Shown here: one piece after another, positions 32,570 through 41,999 of the stretch
Position numbering within the stretch: the first letter of the stretch is position 1
Layout of the letters: the number at the start of each line of letters is the position of its first letter
NCBI GenBank assembly: GCA_963695095.1
Contig: CAVOFT010000001.1
Coordinates: 1,344,001-1,408,000, forward strand
Source of the DNA: an uncultured bacterium
GTDB lineage: Bacteria; Krumholzibacteriota; Krumholzibacteriia; JACNKJ01
DNA: 64,000 nt
Reading direction: 5' to 3'
Notes under the pieces: model-generated
Seen by the model: the letters and a program-made list of their open reading frames with translations, nothing else
What the model was told of the DNA's origin: nothing
The model's database searches: none
Position numbers and translations under genes: made by a program

Positions 32570-35500
32570 ATGAAGAGGATCCTCTCTCTGACCCTAAGCC
32601 TCGCTCTCGTGGCCCTGGTGGCAAGTGCCGGGTTTGCGCGCGATGTCGTCAAGGACACGCGCACGAACTTCGAGTACCGCACGCCGCAGCCGGCCCCGGT
32701 GACTACCGCGAGCGCTCGGGCAGACACGTTTTTCCTGTTCGCGGCCTCGGGTCCCGGCGCCAAGGGCATGCCGGGCACCAACAGCCGCGGCTACACCTTT
32801 GACAACGGCTCCGGTGGCCCGGCCACCGCTGGCTGGACGACCTACGATGCCACGGCTCAGGCCGGGACTTACTGGCATCTGCAGGCGCTGACGCTGAGCA
32901 ACGGCCACGGCACGGATTTCTCGACGGCGGCTGGCTTGCCGCCGACGGGCGGCCCGACCGCTGGTAACGACTTCGCGTGGTGGTGCGGTCGCCAGAACGC
33001 TTGCGGCTGGGCGAATCCCACCGGCTACGGCACCAGCTGGAACCAGTGGCTCGAGCTGGCGGTGCCGGCGGCGGCCACCGGCGGCACGATCGAGTTCGAT
33101 TACGTCGCGGACTTCGAGGGTGACACCTTCGACTTCTTCACCCTGTACACGAAGACCGGCGCCAACGATCCCGTGCAGCTGTTGACCAACACCATCAGCG
33201 GCGAGCAGACCGTGCTCCACTACGGTCCCACCGCTTTCGGCGATGTCGACAAGCTCATCTTCGCCTTCGTGTCCGATGGCGGCTGGTCCGATGAGGACGG
33301 CTCCTTCATCACGGACATCGGTGCGGTCTGGGTCGACAACTTCGTGGTCGACTACACCGGCGCCACGGATCTGGCCTGGAACTTCGAGGACGGCGTCGAG
33401 GCCAACTACCCCGCGCTGACCGCGAGCTTCCCCGCGGGCGCGGGCATCTACGGCGCGCTCTATGCCAATCTGTTCAGCGAGGACGTGTGCATCACGAACT
33501 CGACCTATGCCTGGGCTTTCTTCGATCTGAACACGACGAACCCCGAGTACCCGATCCCGGTGACCGCCTACGGTCCGCCCTACGTCGAGAACGGCATCCA
33601 GAGCCCGATCTTCGAGAAGGCGCACGCCCTCGGCGATGCCGTGGGTACCTCGGTTCTCGATCAGCACGATGCGAACTCGCAGTTCCTCGTCCGCTGGATG
33701 GTCTACCGCGACCTGCCTCTGAACGCGCTGATTTTCTACCAGCTGTTCGTCGCGGCGCAGACCGTCGAGGTGCCTTGCCTCGGCCAGTGGGCCAACAACA
33801 ACACCGTGTGGTACGGTGACGACAATGCCTGGGGCGACTGGTTCATCGACTACACGCTGCGTCTGGCGACGTCCGCGGCCGGCAATACCGTCAACGGTAT
33901 CGCCATCCGTCTGAACTCGCTCGACCAGTGCGGCGTCTGGTGCAACACCTACGGTGACGGCACCGGCCATACCCCCGCGCCTTACTTCGACATGGTCTCG
34001 GCGATGCTGGTCAACAGCTCGTCGATCGCCTGGAACACCGACGTGTTCCGCCGCCTCCAGGACAACTTCCCTGAGACCAGCGGCAAGGTGCGCATCGACA
34101 GCTGCGATCGACGTTCAGCCCACCACCAGCACCACGCTGGTGATCGGCGACTCGACCCGCGTCGACCTGAACATGGACGGCAACGGCGGCATCGGCCTGG
34201 ATCCCAACACCGGCACTCGCCGCGCAGTGTACATGCACTTCCGCGTCGTGGCCGGCCCGCATGCGGGTTCGACCGCCGCGGCGATGGGCGATCCGGACAT
34301 CAGCGACGGCATCTACTCGCCGCTCGTTGGCACGACCGTTGTGAACGGTGAGACCTGGAATGTCGCGGTGGCGGACACTGCCCGCTACCAGAGCACCCAG
34401 AGCCCCGGCTCCTGGGCCTTCGACCTCGCGGATGACTACTTCGAGGCCGGCGACGTCATCGAGTTCTACTGGAAGGGCATCGCGGCCGACGCTACCGTGT
34501 CGACCCGTCCGCTCTACGCCGAGAATGCCGATCCCGAGCTGCGTAGCTACTACACCGTGCGCTGCCTGCCGACGGCCGGCGCCACGATGCTGTACTGCGA
34601 CGACGGCTGGGGCGCTGGCGGCGTCGGTTTCATGCCGTACTGGGAGCTGGCCTTCCGCTACAACGGCTACGAGGACTACGATGTGTACGTGACCCAGGCG
34701 CCCAGCTCGGGTCTGCACAACGGCCTCGGCGGCCGCGCCGAAATCGGTGACATCGATCAGTACCAGGTGATCATCTTCGACAGCGCTGACCTGCCCACCT
34801 ACACGATCCAGAACGCGCTGCCCGATGACCTCACCTTCGACGACGTGCTGCTGGACGACTGGCTCGTCAACAGCTCCCACAACACCTGCCTCTGGGTGCT
34901 GGGGAACGAAATCGCGACGGACCAGGCGGACGAGCCGAGCTTCCTGAACAACGACCTTGGCGCCGTGCGCATCCTGTCCGGCACCTACTATGATGACCTC
35001 ACCGGCATCGTGGTGCCCAAGGTGTTCTCGTCGCATCCTGCGCTGCTGATCGGCGGCATCCAGCCCTACTTCAACGTGGATGCGGGCTGCCCGTCGATCG
35101 ACAACCTGGATCTGGTGGCGCTGAACACCGGCAACCCCCTGGCCGTCGAGGCCATGCGGTGGGCGGTCACGGGCGGCAGCCAGGCCAAGGCTGGTATCTA
35201 CAACCAGGATCCGGACGGCAATGGTACTGCCCTGAGCCCCGGTGGCTTCACCAACCGGACCCTGTTCAACCCGTTCAGCTACTATGAAGTCTGGGATGCC
35301 GGCTTCGGCACCGGTCAGGGCTACAGCTACGCTCGCCTCTTGGTTGGCGACGTGCTGTCGAACCTCTGCGGTTTCGATCCCAACGGCACCCCGGACGGCG
35401 TGGATGTCGTGCCGGCGAGCTTCGCGCTCAAGGGCAACTTCCCGAATCCCTTCAACCCCACGACCACGATCAAGTTCGATCTGGCTGCCAGCGAGTACGT

Positions 35501-35693
35501 GCACCTGAACGTGTACGATCTCAGCGGCCGCCTGGTGAAGACGCTGGTTGATCAGCCGATGTCGGCTGACAGCCATGAGGTGGTTTGGGACGGCAAGGAC
35601 AACGGCGGTGTCCGCGTGGCCAGCGGCGTGTACTTCTACAAGCTGGTCGCCGGCGATTTCAACGCCACCGAGAAGATGGTGATGTTGAAGTAG
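32570..35693 (+). CDS. Large exported protein A1 (~1040 aa) with C-terminal FlgD-Ig/T9SS-type domain; one +1 frameshift near 34103
   Basis: Signal peptide MKRILSLTLSLALVALVASAGFA. The two ORF halves join at KVRIDS|AIDVQP and are colinear with the intact paralogue at 36349. C-terminus GNFPNPFNPTT.I...YDLSGRLV..WDG...ASGVYFY. Confidence 0.88.
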
Positions 35694-35760
35694 TCCGCTC
35701 ACTCGTTTGCTCTCGCGCACGAAACAACGTGCGCGACCCGCAAACGAGCTCGCTTGCGAA
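35690..35760 (+). repeat. 71-bp palindromic REP-like element, copy 1
   Basis: GTAG-tccgctca-CTCGTTTGC..TCGCGCACG-aaacaa-CGTGCGCGA..GCAAACGAG-ctcgcttgcgaa; homologous to the reverse complement of 39475-39545. Confidence 0.75.
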
Positions 35761-35770
35761 AGCAGAGCAG

Positions 35771-35799
35771 AAGGGGGAGCCGCAAGGCTCCCCCTTTTT
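35771..35799 (+). terminator. Intrinsic terminator
   Basis: GGGGGAGCC-gcaa-GGCTCCCCC followed by TTTTT. Confidence 0.9.
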
Positions 35800-36348
35800 C
35801 TTGCGCGCGAGGTGCTCCAGGCGCTCGGCCGGCACCCGCGGCCGCCGGCGCCCGTTGCCGCTGGTCGGGACGGGGATGACGGCGGACGGACAACTCAATG
35901 ACGAATACCGCTCCCAGCGCCGCCGCCGGTTTCCTCCTATAACACAAGCATTGACAACGGTATGCGATGGTGGCCCTCGGGCCCTCACAAGGGCCTTTTA
36001 TCTCTCGCCTCCTGATCCCTGTTCGCCCCCTCGGATGGCATCTGTAAAAGTTGTACCGCACGCATTGACAAGGACTTACGATCAGAGGCCGGAGCGCCTT
36101 GGGTACGGCTCCTGCAGGGGCCCGATTGGTTGTTTCGAGGCGAGCCTAGCCTCGAGGGGCCGCCGTCCCGGCCGGGCTGCGGGCCGCGGCGCGTGACCGC
36201 AGGGCAAGCGGGCGACAGGGCCAAGACACCGGGCAAGCGATCCCTGGTCCTGCTCTTTTCCCCCCGCGCGCTCCACGCCGCCGCGGGCGAGGCATGATCC
36301 GCCGAGTCGGCGATTCCTCATCACGACTCACAGGACTGGGGGAATACC

Positions 36349-39300
36349 ATGACTCGACGACTGATCACTGCCCTGCTGGGGCTGGCAGCGTTCATGCCGC
36401 CTCTGCAGGCCGCGGCCCGAGAGGCCGCGCGGCCCGATCGAGGCCACATCGCCCTGGAGGGCCCCGCGCGCGGGGCCCCGCCCGCAGCGAACCTCCGCGC
36501 TCGCGAGGACACGCTCTTCCTCTTCGCGGCCTCGGGGCCGGGCGCCTACGGGGCACCGGGTACCGACGACCGCGGCTATACCTTCGACAACGGCGCCGGC
36601 GGCCCGGCCATGGCCGGCTGGACCCCGGTGGATCTGACGGTGCAGGCCGGCGCGTGGTGGCACCTGGCCGACGCCGACATGGTGGACGGCCTGCCCACGG
36701 ACATGAGCGCCGCCGGCCAGCCCTGGACGGTGGGGGACACGAACAACGACTTCGCGCTCTGGTGCGGGCGACAGAACGTCTGCGGGTGGCTCAATCCCAC
36801 GGGCTACGGCAACGACTGGGAACAGATCGTCGCTCTGGCCCAGCCGGGCTTCGCCACCTCGCTGCAGGTGAATTTCGTCTACAACAGCGACTTCGAAGGC
36901 GACGTCTACGATTTCTTCACGGTCGAGATCGAGGTGAACGGAACCGCCCAGGAGGTGTTCCGGCACAACGTGGCCGCCGACCGCACCTTCCACGACTTCA
37001 GCGTGACCATCAACAAGGCCGACTACCCCACCGGGGCCAATTTCGGCGATGTGCTCTTCCACTTCAGCGCGGACGGCGGCTGGTCGGACGAGGATGGCTC
37101 CTTCATCTCGGACATCGGCGCGGTCTGGCTCGACAACCTGGAGCTGAGGGCGGACGCGGTGACGGTCTTCCGGGCCGACCTCGAGGATGGCGTGCTCCCT
37201 GCTGCCATCGACTTCACCGTGCCGCTGGGCGCGGGCAGTTTCGGGGCGCTCTACCAGGGGCTCTTCTCAGAGGACATCTGCATCGTCAACTCGAGCCATG
37301 CCTGGGCGTTTTTCGACCTCAACACCACGAATCCCGAGTACCCGATCCCGGTGACGGTCTACGGGCCGCCTTACATGGACAGCGCCGTGCGCAGCCCCCT
37401 GCTCGAGCGGGCTCACGCGGCGGGCAGCGCCGGCGGACAGCCGCTGGTGATCACGCCCGAAACGCAGGTGAATCTCGAGTACTGGGTCTACCTGGACATG
37501 CCGCTCAATGCGCTCGTCTTCGAGAAGTGGCGGGTGGCGGCGATCACCGAGGAGCAGCCCTGCCTCAGCGGCTTCAAGGATGACCAGACGAGCTACTACG
37601 GGGACCAGAAGATCTGGTTCGCCGCGGACCGCAACGTCACGCTCGCGGTCGCCGAGGCGGCGGCGGGTGGCACGGTGACGGGCCTCGTCGTCCAGATGGA
37701 GTCCATCGACCGCTGCCCGGACTGGTGCAACCAGTACGGCGACGGCACGGGCCACACGCCGGCGCCCTACTTCGACAACGTGCGCATCAAGCTGATCAAC
37801 GCCTCGGCCGTGGCCTGGAACGTGGATCAGTACCGGCGCTTCCAGGACAATTTCCCGGAGGTCGGGACCGGCAAGGTGCGCATCGACAACAGCGACGACA
37901 TCGCGCCGCCGAACAGCAACACGCTGGTGATCGGCGACTCGACGGTCGTCGACCTGAACATGGATCTGGCGGGAGGCATCAAGCCGAACGCGAGCAATCC
38001 CACCGGCCAGACCCGCCCGGAATTCTACCTCTGGTTCCGCGTCGTCTCCGGTCCCCATGCCGGCTCCACGGCGGCCGCCATGGGCGATCCGGACGCCGGC
38101 GACGGCATCTGGTCGCCGCACGTGGGCACGGCTGACTTCAACGGCCTCACCTTCAACGCCCTGCTCGCCGACTCGGCCCGCTACCAGGGCACGACGGTGG
38201 CGGGCACCTATGCCTTCGACTTCAACGATGCCTTCTTCGAGCCCGGGGACGTGATCGAGTTCTTCTACCGCGCCGAATCCGGCACGGGGGTCATCGAAAC
38301 CCGTCCCCGCTACGCCACGGCCAACGATCCTCAGCTCCGCGCCTACTACACGGTGCGCTGCCTGCCGACCGCTGGCGTGGCGATGCTCTACTGCGAGGAC
38401 AACTTCGGCGATCTGCCCTGGTGGGATGAGGCTTTCCGCTACAACGGCTATGCCGACTACGACATCTACACCACGCAGGCGCCGAGCTCGGGCCTCAACA
38501 ACGGGCTCAGCGGGCGGGCGGAACTGGGGGACATCGACCAGTACCAGGTGATCGTCTGGGACAGCAGCAACCTGCCTTCCTACACCCTGAGCAACGCCCT
38601 GCCTGAGGACAAGACCTTCGACACCGTGCTCCTCGACGATTGGCTGGCCAACAGCAGCCACGACACCTACCTGTGGGTGATGGGCTGTCAGGTCGCCAAT
38701 GACCTCGGCGCTTCCGATCCCTTCCTCGGCACCGATCTCGGTGCCTCGCTCCTGTTCGCCAATCAGTACCTGGACGACGTGACCGGCGTGCTCGTGCCCA
38801 AGGTCTACGCCACCCATCCCGCGCTCGAATGGCTGGGCGCCAGCCCGAGCTTCTGGGTGGACGGCGGCTGCCCCTCGGTGGAGAACTTCGCCATGGTGGC
38901 CCGCAACGGCCAGTTCGCGCTGGAGAGCCATGCCTGGGAGAATACCGGCGGCACGACGGCGGTGGCGGGCATCTACAACCGGGATCCGGACGGCAACGGC
39001 ACGGCGACGAGCGCAGCCGGGCACATCAATCGCACGCTCTTCAACCCCTTCGGCTATTTCCAGGTGCGGGACGCCGGCTACGGCGTCGCCCAGGGTGTGG
39101 ACTACGCCCGCAAGATGGTGGGCGACATCCTGTCCAACCTGCTCAGCCGCGATCCCGACACCGTGCCCGATGGCGCGGGCGAGATCCCGGCGGCGACGGC
39201 GCTCAAGGGCAGCACTCCGAATCCATTCAATCCCAAGACCACCCTCCATTTCGCGCTGGCCGTCGACGCGCCCGTCCACCTGGGCGTCTACGACCTGGCC

Positions 39301-39474
39301 GGGCGGCGGGTGCGGCAACTCCTGGCCGGCGAGCGCAGCCTCGCCGCCGGGCAGCATGAAGTCGTCTGGGACGGCCGCAGCGATGCGGGCGACCGCGTCG
39401 CCAGCGGCGTCTACTTCGTCCGCATGCAGGCGGACGCGGTGAGCCAGACGCTCAAGCTGGTGCTTCTCAAGTAG
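36349..39474 (+). CDS. Large exported protein A2 (1041 aa), paralogue of A1, with C-terminal FlgD-Ig/T9SS-type domain
   Basis: Shares blocks with A1 (DT.FLFAASGPGA, WCGRQN.CGW.NPTGYG, DGGWSDEDGSFI.DIGAVW.DN, FFDLNTTNPEYPIPV, YGDGTGHTPAPYFD, YYTVRCLPTAG) and ends PNPFNP...WDG...ASGVYF. Confidence 0.9.
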   Translation: MTRRLITALLGLAAFMPPLQAAAREAARPDRGHIALEGPARGAPPAANLRAREDTLFLFAASGPGAYGAPGTDDRGYTFDNGAGGPAMAGWTPVDLTVQAGAWWHLADADMVDGLPTDMSAAGQPWTVGDTNNDFALWCGRQNVCGWLNPTGYGNDWEQIVALAQPGFATSLQVNFVYNSDFEGDVYDFFTVEIEVNGTAQEVFRHNVAADRTFHDFSVTINKADYPTGANFGDVLFHFSADGGWSDEDGSFISDIGAVWLDNLELRADAVTVFRADLEDGVLPAAIDFTVPLGAGSFGALYQGLFSEDICIVNSSHAWAFFDLNTTNPEYPIPVTVYGPPYMDSAVRSPLLERAHAAGSAGGQPLVITPETQVNLEYWVYLDMPLNALVFEKWRVAAITEEQPCLSGFKDDQTSYYGDQKIWFAADRNVTLAVAEAAAGGTVTGLVVQMESIDRCPDWCNQYGDGTGHTPAPYFDNVRIKLINASAVAWNVDQYRRFQDNFPEVGTGKVRIDNSDDIAPPNSNTLVIGDSTVVDLNMDLAGGIKPNASNPTGQTRPEFYLWFRVVSGPHAGSTAAAMGDPDAGDGIWSPHVGTADFNGLTFNALLADSARYQGTTVAGTYAFDFNDAFFEPGDVIEFFYRAESGTGVIETRPRYATANDPQLRAYYTVRCLPTAGVAMLYCEDNFGDLPWWDEAFRYNGYADYDIYTTQAPSSGLNNGLSGRAELGDIDQYQVIVWDSSNLPSYTLSNALPEDKTFDTVLLDDWLANSSHDTYLWVMGCQVANDLGASDPFLGTDLGASLLFANQYLDDVTGVLVPKVYATHPALEWLGASPSFWVDGGCPSVENFAMVARNGQFALESHAWENTGGTTAVAGIYNRDPDGNGTATSAAGHINRTLFNPFGYFQVRDAGYGVAQGVDYARKMVGDILSNLLSRDPDTVPDGAGEIPAATALKGSTPNPFNPKTTLHFALAVDAPVHLGVYDLAGRRVRQLLAGERSLAAGQHEVVWDGRSDAGDRVASGVYFVRMQADAVSQTLKLVLLK

Positions 39475-39545
39475 TTCGCAAGCGAGTCTCCCCTCCTGGC
39501 CGCGCGCGTTGTTTCGCGCGCGGCGGGAGGGGAGCGAGCGTCTAC
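39475..39545 (-). repeat. 71-bp palindromic REP-like element, copy 2 (inverted relative to copy 1)
   Basis: Reverse complement reads GTAG-acgctcg-CTCCCCTCC.GCCGCGCGCG-aaacaa-CGCGCGCGGC..GGAGGGGAG-actcgcttgcgaa. Confidence 0.75.
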
Positions 39546-39590
39546 AACGCGCGCGGCGCGGAGCCGAGCCCGCACCTTTCAACTCCAGCC

Positions 39591-39616
39591 GGGGGAGCCG
39601 CTTGGCTCCCCCTTTT
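39591..39616 (+). terminator. Intrinsic terminator (same stem as 35771)
   Basis: GGGGGAGCC-gctt-GGCTCCCCC followed by TTTT. Confidence 0.85.
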
Positions 39617-39709
39617 CCTGCTCCCGGGCCCCGGCGGCAGCCGCCGGGGCCCGGGGTGCGGCCGGCGCCCGGCCCCGGGACGGCTCCGGGGTGCCTCGGG
39701 GCTTTTGGG

Positions 39710-39739
39710 TTGACTTCAAATCCCACAATTCCCTATATT
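39710..39739 (+). promoter_or_regulatory. Sigma70-type promoter of the lipoprotein genes
   Basis: TTGACT-N18-TATATT; same -35 context (TTGACTTC) and spacer length as the promoter at 32270. Confidence 0.7.
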
Positions 39740-39814
39740 ACAGCCGCTTTACCCCACTCATGCCTGCCCTCGTGCCCCGAGACTCCACACCCTGGGTGGA
39801 AGGAGCGGATTATC

Positions 39815-41941
39815 ATGCTGGGGATTGACCGCCGCCTGAGGACTTCCCTTCTGGCCGCCGCCGGGCTTGCCCTGGCCTTGGGTCTGGGTTGTCGCCGCGA
39901 GTTGCCCGAGCTCTTCGACCGCAACAAGGCGCCGGAGACCTACGTCACCGCGGCCCCGGTGGAATCCCTCTTCGATGGCTTCCGCGTACAGCTCAACTGG
40001 TACGGCCTCGATCCCGACGGCGAGATCGCCTACTACCTCTGGGCCTGGACCGACTCCTCGCGCGCCTACTTCTCGGCCTGGAATCCCGAGACCCGGGCCG
40101 ACGACCGCATCCTCCGCGAGGGGCTCTTCGAGGCCACGCACCTGACGACGCGCACCGATTCCATCTTCACCATCCAGGCCAACGACAACGGCGGCACGGC
40201 GCGGGACGTGACCTTCAACGTCACGGCCGTCGACGATCAGGGCAAGCGCGACCCGGTGCCGGCGCGGCTGTACTTCTTCGGCAGCGTCGACGCCCGCCCC
40301 CAGATCGTCTGGCTCGACACGCCGCCGGACACGCTCGACTCCGGGGAGGCATTCACCTGCCGCTTCACGGCGACGACCCAGAACGGCTACATCCTCGGCT
40401 ACAGGTGGGCCTCGGGGGCCGATCCCAACTTCGAGCCCCAGAGTAGGACCGGCGAGCAGATCTGGACCTACCAGATCGCCGATGACTGCAGCAACGTCGA
40501 TCTGGAAGACGGCTACTGCGGCCTGCAGGATTCGACGGCGATCAGCCTGAGCTTCGCGAACGACATCGGCGGCGCCGATTCTCTCATGGTCGAGTTCTAC
40601 AAGTTTGGCACCTTTCTCATCAAAGCGCGCGCGATCGACCTGGCCGGCGTCGAGTCCGAGTTGAACACCTCGCTGAGCAATCTGAAAGGTGCCGTGGCGC
40701 CGGTGCTCAACCGCGACCCGGATACGCGCCTGCGGCCCTGGGACGGCGCCGAGGACTACCCGATCGAGGTGACCTATCCGACGGGCCAGGGCCAGAGCGA
40801 GGTCTACCGCCTCAACGCCGTGCGCGTGGATACCCTGCCCGACGGCCGCCCAGCGCCGCCCGGATTCCACTACGCCGTGCGCGAGACCGTGCCCTGGGGC
40901 GCTACCGCCTGGATCCGCTTCTTCTGGCAGGGCTGGGATTACGACGACCCCATCATCGCCGCCGATATCGAGGACATCGTGGGGGACGAGGATACGATCC
41001 AGACCCGCTTCCAGATGAGCTACTCCTGGACGAAGCAGAACCTCACGAATGGCGCCGCCTTCAGCGCCAACTCCAACGGGCGCTATCCGGCCGGCGGCGA
41101 GCTCGGCTACCCGGAGGAACTCGAGTTCGATGCTTTCGGCGAGGCGGGCAGCACTTTCCGGATGAACATCCTGCCCGTGACCTATACGGTCTACGGCTAC
41201 GCCCAGGACCACTTCGAGCGCGTCGACGGCACGCCGGTCTCGGTCACCTTCACGGGCGGCTTCGCCTCCACGGTGGACAGCATCGTCCTCAGCGCCACCA
41301 AGGGCGACGGCAGCCCCTCGGGCGTGCGCGTGAACCTGAGCACCCTGCCGCCGGGCGCTCCGGTGCGCGTCGCGCTGCATGCCTATCCAGCGTTCTGGCC
41401 GCCCACATCCGAAGTCGGCGCCTGGAATCCGACAACGCGCACCTTCACATTGAATCCGAGCGTCGTCACCGGGGTCGGGCCGAGCGCATTGGACGAGTTC
41501 AATCCGACCTTCACGTTCTATGGGCACGACGACCCGCGCAACGGCGAAGCCGTGCAGCTCGGGCGCGCGCGCTGGGATCTGGTGGATCCCGACTTTCCGA
41601 TCAGCAGCCTGCAATTCGTGACGGATGTCTACGAGGCGGCCGACCAGACCACCGTGAACTTCTGGAAGGAGGTCTTCCCGGGCAACGCCGATCCGCCGGC
41701 CTCCGGGAGCTTCACCGTGCAGCTCAAGATCCGGGACATCTTCTCCGCGATCAACGCGGGCCCGACGCCGACCTATCTGGGTCCGAAGACCTTCCAGGGC
41801 GAATTCTGCAATACCATCGCCTCGCAGGTCGTGACGGAGATGATCGAGGACACGCCGCAACGCCAGATCGGTCTCAATAACACCGGGCGCGTCAGCCTGC
41901 CCCTGCGCGCCCAAGTCGATATTCAGTACGCGCCGTTCTAG
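39815..41941 (+). CDS. Large lipoprotein L1 with tandem Ig/Fn3-like beta domains
   Basis: AAGGAG RBS and lipobox LGLGC; N-terminal NxAPxT...W.G.DPDG.(I/V) module shared with the lipoproteins at 42000 and 46318; AVDDQG and AIDLAG strand motifs. Confidence 0.82.
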   Translation: MLGIDRRLRTSLLAAAGLALALGLGCRRELPELFDRNKAPETYVTAAPVESLFDGFRVQLNWYGLDPDGEIAYYLWAWTDSSRAYFSAWNPETRADDRILREGLFEATHLTTRTDSIFTIQANDNGGTARDVTFNVTAVDDQGKRDPVPARLYFFGSVDARPQIVWLDTPPDTLDSGEAFTCRFTATTQNGYILGYRWASGADPNFEPQSRTGEQIWTYQIADDCSNVDLEDGYCGLQDSTAISLSFANDIGGADSLMVEFYKFGTFLIKARAIDLAGVESELNTSLSNLKGAVAPVLNRDPDTRLRPWDGAEDYPIEVTYPTGQGQSEVYRLNAVRVDTLPDGRPAPPGFHYAVRETVPWGATAWIRFFWQGWDYDDPIIAADIEDIVGDEDTIQTRFQMSYSWTKQNLTNGAAFSANSNGRYPAGGELGYPEELEFDAFGEAGSTFRMNILPVTYTVYGYAQDHFERVDGTPVSVTFTGGFASTVDSIVLSATKGDGSPSGVRVNLSTLPPGAPVRVALHAYPAFWPPTSEVGAWNPTTRTFTLNPSVVTGVGPSALDEFNPTFTFYGHDDPRNGEAVQLGRARWDLVDPDFPISSLQFVTDVYEAADQTTVNFWKEVFPGNADPPASGSFTVQLKIRDIFSAINAGPTPTYLGPKTFQGEFCNTIASQVVTEMIEDTPQRQIGLNNTGRVSLPLRAQVDIQYAPF

Positions 41942-41958
41942 CCCCAGAACGGCGGGGT

Positions 41959-41981
41959 CGGCCCCCCCCGCGGGGGGGCCG
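41959..41981. other. GC hairpin between L1 and B1 (no U-tract; possible mRNA-stabilising or processing stem)
   Basis: CGGCCCCCCCCGCGGGGGGGCCG. Confidence 0.5.
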
Positions 41982-41999
41982 CAACGCGGGAAGCGAGCC

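Noticed and set aside
35690..39545. Integron attC sites or CRISPR repeats
   Set aside because: No RYYYAAC/GTTRRRY ends, the copies are in opposite orientations, there are only two copies, and no integrase or cas genes are present.
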